64,000 nt of DNA from Eledone cirrhosa (GCA_964016885.1 OZ024742.1:317378001-317442000), one strand, 5' to 3'; counted from the first letter of the stretch, positions 1-18,247 are shown. Made by a program: numbers and translations. The notes: generated by a model not told the origin, from the letters alone.

Positions 1-476
1 TTATCTCAGTATTCAGATCATTGTCTGCTTCGGGTGGTTCCTCCGTTCTCAGGACCTCCTCACCTTCATTTCCCACCGGCTCGCTTGTCTGGCATACTAC
101 ACCCGCCATCTCCAAGCCATTCTCTCTGCTCAGTTCCTCCAGTTCCAGCTCGCTTATCCACCCATTAGTTCTTATTACCCGAGCCTGCCCGGCCAATTTT
201 TGTTCATCTAATTTAAATAAACCAATCTCGTTCCAGATGTTATGCATCCGTCTCCTGTAGCCCCTCTCCTTGGGGTTACTTTTCAGGTAGCATTGCATAA
301 CAGTTCTATTCAATTCTTTCGTCCAGTTGGTTCTGGCCCCTTTCCTTCTTCTTCTTCCTCCAACATCAGCAGTATTTGGTTGACAGTCAGGTTCCTGCTG
401 CTGAGCCAGGGGGCACCTGTTGGGTGAGAGTCTGTCACATGACGTTCTAGTCTCCATTTCACCGTTATTCGAACTG

Positions 477-481
<5 letters not shown>
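1..481 (-). mobile_element. 5' part of a second R4/Dong family-1 copy (runs off the window), beginning ~24 nt upstream of its ATG at 457
   Basis: 1-481 matches 3532-4012 with no difference seen by eye, and abuts the (TAA)n tail of the next copy. Confidence 0.9.
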
Positions 482-5183
<4,702 letters not shown>

Positions 5184-5395
5184 GGCGACCTACGTAGTAA
5201 ATCGTATCATCGTGAGCTCCGCAAAGGTTTGTTATTTCCGTTTGTTAAAAATTGCCATTTATGGAAAATTTTATTGTTAACTGTTTATAAGCGCACATAC
5301 GTTGTTTTCCGAAAAGGACACCCAAAAAGATTGGGGCCTTGTGCCCAAAATTTAAACATTTATAATTATCAAAAAAATTTATTTGAGAAAAAAAC

Positions 5396-6919
5396 ATGGA
5401 AGTCTCACAGCCACACGAAGCTGACAGCCTTCCTCATAAACTAACACCTCACACCGACACCACCATTGTAAATATCACTACGTTTGCCAACACTAAAAAT
5501 TTAATCAGTAGCAATATTTTAAATTTGTCTCAGGCAGACATTCATTTCCCGCCATTACCAATGACTGCAGGTGTTAAAGCCGCCACCACCACCGCGACAA
5601 CCACCACCCCCACCACCACCGTGACAACAGAAACAAAAGGAAAAAATAAATCAACTCGTGATGTCGAAATGTTTTCAACCAAAATGGACTCTTCCACACC
5701 GAACACCACTGACGTCACCACCACCACAACTGAAACTAAAATTAATAATAACAAAAATAACGATAACAACAACAGCAACAATGACATTAAAAAAACCACC
5801 CTGAGTTTTGCCAGAGTAGCGAAACAGTGCGAAGCATTTACGGTAACTCAGGAGGAATTAGAAAATGCCAAAAAAATGGTAAAGAGAGATGGGTACAGGG
5901 TCAGCCTCAACCCACCACCTAATTAAATGGAGCATCGGCGCCTATGCACCGTTTTGTATCGTACAATTAATGTAAAATCGCGCCGAGTGGAACGGGCATC
6001 CGAGTCCCAAATCCAAAAAGCTTTGGGATATGTGTGGGCAAGAAAAACCCACATCAGACGCGGGCAGAAGTATGAAACCGTGGACGTGTTCTTTGAAACA
6101 CCAGAGGAGGCTAGAGAACACTCCATGGCCCCATTAAGAAGTGACGACTTCACACTCATCCCAAGCTATTGTGGCCAGAGAGTCGTAAAGATCAGGGTGA
6201 CCCACGTTCCACCGGCCATCGAAATTCCCTGGCTAATAGCGGCCTTCCTCGCCGGCATCGAAGCCAACACCAAGATAATAGCAATAGCAAAAGAAAAGCA
6301 GGAGAACTGGTCCGGATCTGGGATGGAGCTCCTGATCCAAGCGGACCAAAAAAGCATTGAGGAGATCCCAGAGGTAATAGACCTCACTGACGGCTGCCAC
6401 CTCACCGTAATTGTCGAGGGCAGAAGGGCTACGTGTGTCGTTTGTGGTGAACGAACCCACCTAAGAGCTTTCTGCCCTCAGGCTAAAGGGTTGAGGCCAT
6501 CTATCCTACCCACATCAGTGACTCAATCATCAACACCACCATCACCTACACCACAAACGTCACCAAAATGCGAAACAGAAACATACCCACAACAAACGCA
6601 AACAAAACAAAACAACCAAAACGATACACACTACACAGCATTAAATTTGAACAACAACCAATTATTACACTACATCCAACACAACACCAGCATCACAGAA
6701 AAAGACTACACAACAACCCAAAAATTCACACCACCTCCACACATGCAAATCACTCGCATCACACAGAAAACGTACATGACACTAAAACAAAAATTTCCCA
6801 AAGACATCGGAGACTTCCGACAAGCACTCTCCAGGAGGATTTATAAGGACATCCTTCCTGAGGAGGCCACACAAGCAGTGAAAAGGATGGATAAACCGTC
6901 CTTCCTCTACGAGAAGTAA
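5396..6919 (+). pseudogene. Tx1 ORF1 (gag-like, CCHC knuckle), broken by a nonsense codon at 5924-5926
   Basis: 5396-5926 and 5927-6919 are in frame. Copy 2 has AAA at the TAA position. Knuckle CVVCGERTHLRAFC. Lacks a ~0.4-kb segment present in copy 2. Confidence 0.85.
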
Positions 6920-6958
6920 GGTAAGTGGTCTTTCCCATTTTTCCCACTCCATTTCAAC

Positions 6959-9900
6959 ATGACCTCACTCAGAATAGGCAGCATAAATGCGCGTGGCTTG
7001 GGGTCGTCATGGAAGCAGGGCCACCTGCTCAACGACCTCAGGTCACTAAACATAGATGTAGTGGCCATCAGCGAGACCAGAATCTCCGAAGCACGGGCCT
7101 TCGCACCGATCTTCGGCGGCTACGATGTGTACGCATCTCTCAGCCGTCCGGGATCGTGGGGGGGAGGAGTTGCTGTGCTTTTTCGGAGAGGTTTGGATCT
7201 TGCCATACGGGCCATCTTCCTAGACCCAGAAGGTAAGTTGGTGGTGCTGGACATGACCAGCGGAGACGGGCAAGCTTTCAGGTTAGTGGCCGTCTATGCC
7301 CCGACAGGAGCAGGGCGGCCTGATTTCTTCCGGCGTCTGGAGACCTTTCTTGGAACGTCCCGCTCTTTAGTGTTAGTGGGCGACTGGAACGGGATCTTAG
7401 ATGCACGCTGGGATTGTGTGGGATTAGTGGATAGGGGAGGAGGGTGCAAGAGTCTCACCAACCTGCTCAGGCGTTTTGAACTGTCTGACAGGTACCGATT
7501 GGATTTCCCGAATGTACCAATGTGGACTTCGACAAATCGCATAGGGTCATCCAGATCATATCTAGATAGAGTATTTTGTAGGGAAATAGATAGGTCTAGA
7601 ATAGGCTGTCCACAATTCAAGATAGTCAGCTACACAGACCACACATTCGTGATCTGTGTGCTTGACTCAGATAGGCTTCATAGACGAGGACCCGGCTACT
7701 GGAAGCTAAACGCGTCCTTACCAGCGCGCAAGGCCTACAGAGACCGGATTAGCGAACTAGTTAAGCGGGCGTTGGCGGGGGCCATCGTCAACAACAAGTG
7801 GTGCTTTGCTCTGAAAAGAGCAATTAGAATAGAGTCCATTAGGTTTAGGAAGGCTTTAGCAATAGAGAAAAATAGAGCAGAGGGAGAATTAGTTAGAAAA
7901 TTAGACGAGGCGCTTTGCAAAGGCATCGCGACCGACGCACTTGCGGCGAAATTGGCCCTTGACCAATTCTTCAATGCAAAGCACGAAGGCTGCGTTGTCA
8001 GAGCTAGGGTGGGTGCTCTCAGACACGAGGGGACGAAAGCCGTCCAAGGGGCCCGAGAGGCGGATGTGCGTCGTGGCAACAAAGCCACGATCCGGTCTTT
8101 GGTGGACCACGACGGGCGCATGCTACTCGATCCCGGGCAAATGTGTGAAGCTTTTCAGCAACACTTCGCTCAACTGTTCGGGGGCAGCTGCGGGCCGGAT
8201 CGAGGGATGGACTTTAGTGTCTACCTCGACGGACTGCCGCGGCTCTCGGCCACTGAGGCGGAGTGTTGCGAAAAGCCGATAACAGCCGCTGAAGTAAGGG
8301 AGGCAATAACTGGTTGCACAAGGGGTAAATCGCCTGGTTTGGAAGGCCTGCCCTATGAACTTTACGTACAAATGCCAGACTTGTTCGCAGGCCTCTTGGC
8401 GGACGTCTACTGCAACTGGCAACAGAACGGGAGAATTCCCAGCTCTGTGAGCCGAGAAGCGGTGGCGCTGCTGAGAAAGGATCCGAACAAGGGGGATAAA
8501 ATAGATAATTTTAGGCCCATAACTATGCTAAACACAGAGTTCAAGATTTTGGGCAAGGTGCTAGCAAAGAGGTTGGTGCTTGTCGTTGGTGGTCTGGTGG
8601 GAGATGCGCAGACATGCGCCATTCCCGACAGATCCATCCACGACAACCTGCACCTCATGCGATACATCGTAGAGAGGGTAGCTAGGGAACCTGGCACGGG
8701 TGGGTCCTTGATCAATTTAGATCAGTCGAAAGCCTTCGATAAGGTCGACCATCGTTACCTAGCGGCAGTCGTGAGGGCGGCTGGCTTTGGGCCCTTCTTC
8801 AGAGGCTGGATCGCTGCCATGCACAGCGACATCTGCTCTGTGGTGAGAGTGAACGGTCACCTTTCGGAACCGTTCAACATCATGCGCTCGGTCCGCCAAG
8901 GATGTCCCCTCTCGTCCCTCTTGTACGTATTGACTCTCGAGCCATTACTGCACAAACTGGAGACGTTGAGGGGGGTCCCGCGCGAACTAGGATGCGGAAA
9001 ATCCGTGTCAGCATATGCGGACGATGTCACCGTAGTGGTGTCGAACGCCAAACACATCGATGCGATCGGCACTACACTAAGAGAATACGAAGCGGTGACA
9101 GGAGCAATGATCAACCAGGAAAAGACAGTGGGCTTGCAGCTCGGCACCTGGAGAGGCAGGTCCATGCCGGCCAACAGCGTCGTCGGGCGCTGGACGGACG
9201 GCCCAGTTAAATTGCTCGGGGTCTGGTTCGGTCCGGACCTCCAGACGGACAAAAACTGGGACGAGGTGACGAGCAGGGTGGCTTCTCTCACCCAGAAATG
9301 GGCCGAGAGGAAGCTATCCCTGAAAGGTCGAGCGGAGGTGGCTAACGCGTATATCGCGTCCGTCATCTACTACCACCTGACCGTCGTACCTTGTCCTAAG
9401 CCCCGCCTGACTGCGCTGGAGCATTTGCTCTTTCGCTTTTTGTGGAAGGGACGCGCTCCGATGGTCAGGCGGTCCACGTGCTGTCAACACCCGCTACGTG
9501 GAGGGCTGGGAATGCCGTGGCTGATGATGCGAAGACACGCGCTCAGGCTACGACATCTCCACCTCTTCCTCGACGGTGATCAGGAGTTGTCTCCGTTTGC
9601 TAGACACGTCTTTCCCCAGCTCGTGTCCTTGACGGAGCTGCAGTCCTGGGTCAAGCGAAGACCGAGAGGAAGCGCTTGGAGACTGGAATGCCTTCAGGCG
9701 CTCACAGCCCTCGACCAATCGGGCAATGTGATCGGTGGAAACTCCACCTCGGCGTTCTATAGAGGATTAGTGGAGGGGACGACGTACTTGGGGAAACTCT
9801 AGGCGTCGACGAAAATCAACTAGCCAATCTCTTCGGAAGAACTTTCGGGCCGGGGCCTATGGACAACTTCCAGAAATCCCTGGCCTGGCAGTGCTACCGA

Positions 9901-10374
9901 AGAGCTTTGCCAGTTCGGGATTAACTCTACAGGCATGGAGGTGCCGTCAGCCGGGAATGTCCGAGATGCGCGCAGGGCGACGAAACCGTCCTGCACGCAC
10001 TCGTCCAGTGTCCGAGCATTTCTGACTTGTGGGTTTATGTCGAACACCTGCTGTCGCGTGTAGGACGGATCCGGCTATCATCTGAGTCCATCGTGATGAT
10101 TGCCTCGCCCTCTTCCTTTAGCCGGGAAGGACAGGCAGTTTTTATCTGTCTGGTGGCCATGGCGAAAGAGATAGTATGGTGGACACGTTTGAAAGGGCTG
10201 AAGACGAGCACTTACCTCTTCGGTGATGCTCTGATTAACTTTTTCAAATTTCATTTGAAAAGGAAAATCAGGGTAGAAAGGGAAGTGCTCTCTTCCCAGC
10301 ATTTTGTTGAAAGATGGGTGAGAGAATCAAGAATGGCCCGAGTGAATGGGCCTACTCTGAGTAAGTGTCTATAA
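6959..10374 (+). pseudogene. Tx1 ORF2: AP-endonuclease + RT + C-terminal CCHC; open for 947 aa, then frameshift near 9780 and a stop near 9921
   Basis: APE motifs SINARGL, AISET, VYAP, GDWN, YLDRVF, TDH. RT motifs KSPG, FRPIT, DQSKAFD, VRQGCPLS, YADD. CPRC..ETVLHALVQC lies after the frameshift. Lesions inferred by comparison with copy 3. Confidence 0.9.
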
Positions 10375-10619
10375 ATTAAAGGTGGAAAACTCGGAGAGGG
10401 CAATTGCCCTGGTGATCAGGGTCACTATGGCTTTTTAATGGGCTTTCTCCACCAATGTCCCTCGGAAATCTCACCCCTATCGGGGAATTTTTTCATTGTT
10501 CGATTATTACATCCTCTGTTTTTTTTTTTACACGCAGAAATGCCCATTTGTACCGCCCTGTATTTCCTGTACTGTCCTTAATGTCTACATTATGTAAACC
10601 CTTGTGGTTAATAAAGAAA

Positions 10620-10658
<39 letters not shown>

Positions 10659-10659
<1 letters not shown>

Positions 10660-10895
10660 AGTTGCATTTATCTTGCTTTATGTTCATACGAGTTATCACC
10701 AAGTCACAACCAGTGACCTCAAGAGACAACAAGGTCCGCCATGTTCAAGAAAGAACATACATACTCACACATGCATCTTTAGTGTTTAGACTTGTGATGT
10801 ACTTATATTGACAGAATCTTCCTTAGTATATGGGCAGTTCCCATTAGTACTATCTTTTGTATTTCTCCTATACGCGGGTTTCCTGGGATTTGCGA

Positions 10896-10896
<1 letters not shown>
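10659..10896 (-). mobile_element. 5'-truncated 3' end of R4/Dong family 2
   Basis: Near-identical to 13176-13414. Encodes ..IQKIVLMGTAHILRKILSI* (stop 10803-10805). (TTA)n on both sides. Confidence 0.9.
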
Positions 10897-10947
<51 letters not shown>

Positions 10948-13150
10948 GGCGACCTACGTAGGAAATCGTATTATCGTCAGCTCCGCAAAGGTTTGTTGTT
11001 TTCAGCTGTTTCAAATTGCCAGTTATGGAAAATTTTTGTTGTTAAGTGTTTATAAGTTCACATATATTGCTTTCTGAAAAGGACACTCAAAAATATTGGG
11101 GACTTAAGCCCAAAATTTAAACTTTTATAATAATCAAAAACTTTCTTTGAAAGAAAACATGGACGGCTCTCAGCCACACAAATTTGACAGCCTTCCTAAC
11201 AAACTAATACCTCACACCAACACCACCATTGTAAAGATTACTACGGTTGCCAACACTAAAAATATAACCAGTGGCAATAATTTAAATTTGTCACATGCAG
11301 ACATTCATTTCCCGCCATTACCAATAACTGCAGGTGTTAAAGCCGCCACCCCCACCACCACTACAGCAATAACAGAAACAAAAAAAATAAATTATTATCT
11401 TGTGATATCGAAATGGATTCACCCAGAATCGACTCTTCCACGCCGACCACCACTGACACCACCACCACCACCACCTCCACCACAACTGAAATTAAAAATA
11501 ACAATAACAAAAATAACAATAACAACAACAGCGACAACAACAACAACAATGAGAATAGCAACAACAACATCAACACCAGCGCAAAACAAAATGTGTCGTT
11601 TGCCAAAGCAGCCAATAAAAGCGAAACAATCGAGGTAAGCCAGGAAGAATTTAATGAAGCCAAGAGAATGGTAAAAAAAGATGGGTACAGGGTCAGCCCC
11701 AACCACCCCACCCTCTCACCCCCATCTAATAAAATGGAGCATCGGCGCTTATGCACCGTGTCATATCGGACGATAAACACAAAATCACGCCGAGTGGAAC
11801 GGGCATCCGAGTCCCAGATACAAAAAGCTTTGGGACATGTGTGGGCGAATAAAACCCACATCAGACGTGGGCAGAAATATGGAACCGTGGACGCGTTCTT
11901 TGGAACCCCACACAAAGACAGAGAGCACTCCATGGCCCCATTAAGAATTGACGATTTCACACTCGTCCCAAGCTATTGTGGTCAGAGACTCGTGAAGATA
12001 AGGGTGACGCACGTTCCACCGGCCATCGAAATTCCCTGGCTGATGGCTGCCGTCCTCGCCGGCATCGAAGCCAACACGAAAATAATTAAGGTAACAACAG
12101 AAAAGCAGAACTGGTACGGATCTGGGATGGAGCTCCTGATCCAAGCGGACCAAAAAAACATTGAGCAAATTCCAGAGGTGATAGACCTCACTGACGGCAG
12201 CCACCTCACCGTAATCGTTGAGGGTAGAAGGCCTAGGTGTGTCGTTTGTGGTGAAAGAACCCACCTAAAGGCTTTCTGCCCTCAGGCTAAAAGGTTGAGG
12301 CGACTTCTCCTACCCACACCAGTGATTCAACCATCAAAACCACCAGCAGCATAAATGGCAACTGTAGCAGCAACAACCCTAGCAACAGTAGCAAAACCAA
12401 CACCACCACCAACCACCAGCGCCTCCACTATCCACCACGCCACAACCAAAACCAACGCCTGTGGAGGATTTTCCACTCCTCGACCTATCGCAACTGGAGA
12501 CAGATTGTGACGACGAGGGGTGGGAAACGGTATCAGGAAAAAAGAAAAAAGAAAAAGAACCCCAAAAAGAAAAAATCATCTTCCTTCCTCCTTCAAAAAC
12601 AAAATACAGGGGGAAACGAATAAACTAACAAACAACAAAGTTAGGACAGCTATGCCACCATCCACACCAGCATCACCAACCCCATCACCACAAACACCAA
12701 CACCATCACCATCATTAACCCCAACACTTCCATCACCAACACCACAAACGTCACCAAAAAGAGAAATAGAAACAAACCCACAACAAACGCAAACAAAACA
12801 ATACAACCAAAACGATACACACTTCACAGCATTAAATTTGAACAACAACCAATTATTACACTACATTCAACACAACACCAGCATCACAGAAAAAGACTAC
12901 ACAACACCCCGAAAGTCCACACCCCCTCCACACACACAAATCACTCGCATCACACAGAAAACGTACACGACACTAAAACAAAAATTCCCCAAAGACATCG
13001 GAGACTTCCGACAAACACTCTCCAGGAGGATTTATAAGGACATCTTTCCAGGAGAGGCCACACAAATATGCCTATTTGTACCATCCTGTATTGTCCTGTA
13101 CTGTCCTTAATGTCTACTTTATGTAAACACTTGTTGTTAATAAAGAAAGC
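10948..13150 (+). mobile_element. Tx1 copy 2: internally deleted, 5' UTR + ORF1 joined near 13064 to the last ~85 nt of the 3' UTR
   Basis: Same 5' end as copy 1. ORF1 pieces at 11147-11638, 11413-12354 and 12520-13110. No ORF2. Ends AATAAAGAAAGC+(ATT)n. Confidence 0.9.
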
Positions 13151-13320
13151 ATTATTATTATTATTATTATTATTACAGCTGCATTTATCTTGCTTTATGT
13201 TCATACGAGTTATAACCAAGTCACAACCAGTGACCTCAAGAGCCAACAAGGTCCGCCATGTTCAAAAAAGAACATACATACACACACATGCATCTTTAGG
13301 TGTTTAGACTTGTGAGGTAC

Positions 13321-16300
13321 TTATATTGACAGAATCTTCCTTAGTATATGGGCAGTTCCCATTAGTACTATCTTTTGTATTTCTCCTATACGCGGGTTTC
13401 CTGGGATTTGCGATAAGTAATCATTAGACCCCTTAGGTATCATTCCTAGAGCGCCTACAACCACTGGAATTGTTTTAGTTCTCAATTTCCACATTTTTCC
13501 AATTTCTATCTCCAGGTCCTTTTACTTGCTCAATTTTTCAAATGTTTTTATAGATACATTCTTGTCTATTGGAACGGACATATCAATTAGCAGGCATACC
13601 CTCTTTTTAAAGTCCTTCAGTATTATATCAGGTCTATTTGCATCTATTTTTTGGTCTGTTTGGATGCTAAAGTTCCACAAGATTGAGATGTGATCATTTT
13701 TAAGTATGGGAGGTGGTTGATGCTCCCACCAATTCTTTTGATGGGGTAGGTCAAAATGCTTACACATTATCCAATGTATGTATTGTGCAGCCCTGTCATG
13801 CCTGTTTAAGTATTCGGTTGGACTGCACATTGAAATTATATGATCAATGGTCTCTGGTTGCTTTTTACATACACGGCATAATGGGCTGCATCCATTTTTT
13901 ATTATGTTGGCTTGGTAATTTTTTGTTGGCAGACACTGATCTTGTGCTGATATAATCAGTCCTTCAGTCTCCGATTTCACTCCAGAGGATGCCAACCACT
14001 GATGGGTTAAAGTTTTGTCAACATCAGGATTGTTAGCTCTTTCTGGGTATTTTCCATACAGAGGCTTTTCTTGCCATTTCTTAGCCAGTTTCTGTAGCAG
14101 TTCTTTCTTTGCAGTTACTTTTACCTGCTTTGCTTTTTCTGTGTTTTCCATTTCAGCAGTAAATGGGACTTCTGAAATTTGTAGTCCATTACTGTATCTT
14201 TGTGTATCTTTTGTAATGAAGTATGATATTTTGACGCTTTCGTGTTTCAAAACGAGTTTGATCATCCAATCATGTGATTCCCTTAGATATGTAGATAATA
14301 CAATTGTTGCAGTTTTCAACGCAATATCTAACTGGATTAACCCACGTCCTCCTTCTTTCCTAGGGAGATATATTCTATCTGTATCTGCCTTAGGGTGATG
14401 CATTCTGTGCATGGTTAAGAATTTTCTAATTTTTGTATTGAGCCTACGGATCTCTGTGCTTGACCAGTTGATGACATTGTAACTGTAGGTTACTACTGGT
14501 ATGGCAAGCGTGTTTATGGCATCGATCCTATTCCTTGCATTCAATTCCGTTCTTAAGATTGCTCTTACTCTGCGATAACATTCCTTCCTTATCCTTTCCC
14601 TCATTGTCGAGTGCTTGATTCCGTCTCCTTCACAAACACCTAGATATTTGTAAGTTTCCTCTTGATCAAGTTCTCTTATCACATTCCCCCGATCAAGATT
14701 AATGTCTGAACTTTTCAGTAGCTTTCCTCTGGTGAACGTTGCTTTGGCGCATTTATCTAGTCCAAAATCCATTTTAATGTCATCACTGAACTGCTCCACA
14801 GTGGATAATAGCTCTTGCAATTGTTCATCATTTTTTGCAAATAGTTTCAGGTCATCCATGTAGAACAAGTGATTAATGGTTTTGTCATAGACTTTATATC
14901 CATGTTTTGTTTCATTGAGCATTTTACTTAATGGTATAAGTGCGATGCAGAATAAAAGCGGTGATAAAGAGTCACCCTGAAAAATTCCACAATTAATATT
15001 AACTTCTCCAGCTTCCAAAAAGGAGTGTCGTTTTCCATGTCTTCATACTGAATGACAAGAACCTCCTGACAGCGGGAGATATTTTGAAAATCTCTAAACA
15101 TTTTTCAATCCAACTGTGTGGCAAACTATCGAATGCTTTTTTATAATCTATCCAAGCAATTGATAGAATTTTGTGTCTATTATGACAATCTTCCAGTATC
15201 ATTTTGTTAACCAAAAGCTGATCCTTACAGCCATATGAGCCTCGTTTACACCCTTTCTGCTCATTGGGAAATAGGTCATTTGTTATCAGGTGGTCATATG
15301 TATATTCAGTTAGGACTGATGTTAAAATGTTATACATTGTGGTCAAGCAAGTTATCGGCCTGTAATTTTTGGGATTGTTTGTTTCATCATTCTTCGGAAG
15401 CAGGAATGTAATGCCGTTAACTAGCCATGATGGTATCTTTTCTGGTAATGGTATTGATTTAGCAGTTATTGTTGACTTACCAATTTTTCTGTAGAAGTTT
15501 CTTTGGTTGTTTTTGAACATATTATTGTCCTTATAGAATCTAGATCGTTTTTCAAAGCGCCTTATACGAGCAGCTTTGGCCGACACTTTTTGCTTGATTA
15601 TTTCTATCAGCATGTCTATGTCACTTGTTGATTTTATACTGTATTTTCTTTTCAATTTTCTAAGTTTAGTTTGTTTAACATGTTCACCTACTCTGTAGTT
15701 TGTTAAAATGTCTATGTCAGATCGGAGAAGGTTTATTTGGCGATTTATGTTCTCTTGCCAAGTAGATTTCTTGTGGGAATTCCTTTGTTTTTTTCATTTT
15801 CACTCCACATAAGTGAGTAGTGACTTTAGGCGATGCATAATAGAGATGATTTAAATCAGTAATGTTTAGTTTGTTTGTGATGATAATGTTTTTGAGAATT
15901 ATGTTAGTCTTGTGTATTATTTTTTGGTTCTGTTTGGAGTTCTGGATCTTAGGGAGGGTGTCTCGTTCCCCCATGTCAGATTCTTTCATTTTCATCCATT
16001 CGATCATAATTTCATCCTTCAAGTTGGCATGTTCATTCTCATTCGTTTCTTTATCATTTACGATCTCATTGTTTTCATTTTCAGTTTCATCATGAGCATG
16101 CTCTCCCTCCACTTTTTCGATCATTTCTTTAATTTGTTCTGTTGTCAGTGATTCCGCCCCAACCCTGGGATTCGAAGTGTTACAATCTACCTCGTTTTCA
16201 CTGACACATGTTTCATTTTCCCTTCGCTGGCTTTGTGCTAATAGCTTGATCTAATCAATTTCTATATCAGTTAGTAACTTTTTTTTAACAATACTTCTTC

Positions 16301-16660
16301 GTATATTGGCTAGTTTGTTACTGTCAATATAGCCTCTGTTTTCGGGATGTTTACTTTTGCAGTTGATATATGTCTGTTCTGTATTCGATGGGTAGTACAT
16401 GGCAGTGTAGAAAGCCTCAAAGACTTCTTTATTATCTTCCCTTGACCATTTTTCTCTCTTTTTCTTAGGATTTCTTGGTAGTGAGCATGGAGGGCCAACA
16501 GTAGGGGTATTCCGGTTATGGGAGGTCTCCAGCTCCGAAGTGATGGGAAGGTTTGAACCATTAGCTGATTTTTCGCCCCCAGTCTGGTTCCTCTCTGAGG
16601 GACGCGGCCCTTTTTGACCCGGGTGACAGCCGATCCGGTATGAGATTTTTCATTTGACAT
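13321..16660 (-). pseudogene. Disrupted RT-RLE ORF of Dong family 2
   Basis: Fragments 16310-16660, 15717-16124, 14999-15655 (YRPITCL, WIDYKKAFD) and 13522-15018 (QGDSLSP, YMDD, CRVC, RPD). Premature TAA at 13522. Reading continues IPVVVGALG..RKILSI* to 13321. Apparent internal deletion near 15445. Confidence 0.88.
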
Positions 16661-17361
16661 TTACTTTATTTTGTCGCGTTTTATCCTTATCCACCAAGGG
16701 GTAATCATTTCGTGTTACCACTTCTAGGACGAGTGTCAACCAAGACTAGAGGGGTCGTACTCCCCTAGAGACACTGCTATTCCCCGCCGGCCGCCATCCC
16801 GGTATTTCTTGGTCACGGGTTTTCTTTTTTGTTGTTTTTTTAATTGTTATTATCATGAGTGGTTCCTTAATGTGAGCATTGCGTGGCTTAAGAATGAAAT
16901 TATTAATAATATAATATACTTTTTGCTGAAGTTGCCTGTTATTGTTGTTGGTGGTCCTGTGGCTTTTTCTATTGTTGGTGGGGAAGGGGGGAGTGGGCAG
17001 TGCCATAGTCGTTGACATTTGACCGAGTCACTAATTCAATCTATTTATATCTTTTGCTAGCCTCTCCCTTGTATAGTGATACCGCCACCTTCCCCTTTCT
17101 TAAGTTAACAGAAGGTAATGGGGGAATAGTGGTGGTAGCAATGAAGGAGTGGTGGCGGCGGTGATGGGATAGTGGTAGCAATGATGGATGGAGTGGTGGC
17201 GGCGGTGACTATAGTGATGGCGTTGTCGTTACTGAGTTTTGTTTAATAGACTGTAGTTTGTTTGATCTGTGTATCTATGCGGTTTGTCGCGTATGTTTAA
17301 TATATGTGTGGACATATTTTCTTAATATTTGAATTAAACATTTTGAGAAAATTGAGACACA

Positions 17362-17540
17362 ATAATTGTTTCTACTTTAGGCACAAGGCCAGAAATTACC
17401 CAGTGCATTACTGGTACTTTATTTTATTGACCCCGTAAGGATGAAAGGCAAAGTCAACCTCGGCGGGATTGAACTCAGATCGTAAAGGGAAGTAACTATG
17501 CTGGAAAGCATGGCGCCAGACACTCTACTGATGCTGCAAT
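17362..17540 (-). mobile_element. tRNA-derived SINE inserted in the Dong-2 leader
   Basis: Reverse complement of the core GAGTTCAA.TCCCGCCGAGGTTGACTTTGCCTTTCATCCTTACGGGGTC..TAAAATAAAGTACCAG that recurs through the window. Confidence 0.8.
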
Positions 17541-17923
17541 TATTATTATTATGCTGGGATTGGTGGTGGTGATGGTGGTGAAATTGCCGTTATCTGGCTG
17601 TTGTATTTAGTGTACACAGAGGGGTGATGGGATAGGTGGTGTATCTAGTTTGTGGTGTTGGTGAAATTGCTGTTATTTGGCTGTTCTATATAGTGTAGAC
17701 AGAGGGGATTTTCTTCCATTTATAACCATTTTCTTTTTTGAATATAAAATTTATAATACAAAATTGAATATTTGAGCGATATAACAGGATATTATGGATC
17801 CGAATTTTCTGAGAGTTGAGTCTGGTACTTTATGTATCATTTGTACTAAGAATTTTTATTGTTATATCCCAATTGTTTTAAATATGTTAAAAATCAAAAA
17901 CTTATTATTATTATTATTGTTGT

Positions 17924-18234
17924 TCTTTGAGTCTCAGTCATTAATGTTAGTTAACTGGAAAGTTTGTTGAAATGAATATCAAGCCAATACCTGCAGCCTC
18001 AGATATTCAGGACGTATCGGAGGGTTCTTGCTGTTCCCAGCAAGCATGCCTTTTGAAGCGTTCCAAAAAGCGTAGCGGGGCCAATTTTCTTTAACCATCC
18101 CTGGAAACTTTTTGAGATAGTACCTAGTGCGCCTATGACAATCGGGACCACTTTGACTTCATGGCAGTTCCAAATCCTTTTTACCTCCCACTTTAAGTCC
18201 TGGTATCGGTTAATTTTCTCCCTCTCCTTATTCC
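17924..18234 (-). mobile_element. 3'-terminal fragment of Dong family 1
   Basis: Matches 521-826 with scattered substitutions. Encodes EKINRYQDL..LRYVLNI*. Confidence 0.92.
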
Positions 18235-18247
18235 TATTATTATTATT

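Larger units (their letters stand above)
5184..10621 (+). mobile_element. Tx1-clade (L1 group) non-LTR retrotransposon, copy 1, both ends present but mutated
   Basis: 5' end GGCGACCTACGTAG, ORF1, APE-RT ORF2, and 3' UTR ending AATAAAGAAATC followed by (ATT)n. Confidence 0.9.
13176..17901 (-). mobile_element. R4/Dong family 2, degenerate near-full-length copy
   Basis: RT-RLE fragments from 16660 down to 13321. Leader to ~17901 is interrupted by a SINE. (TTA)n at both ends. Confidence 0.8.
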
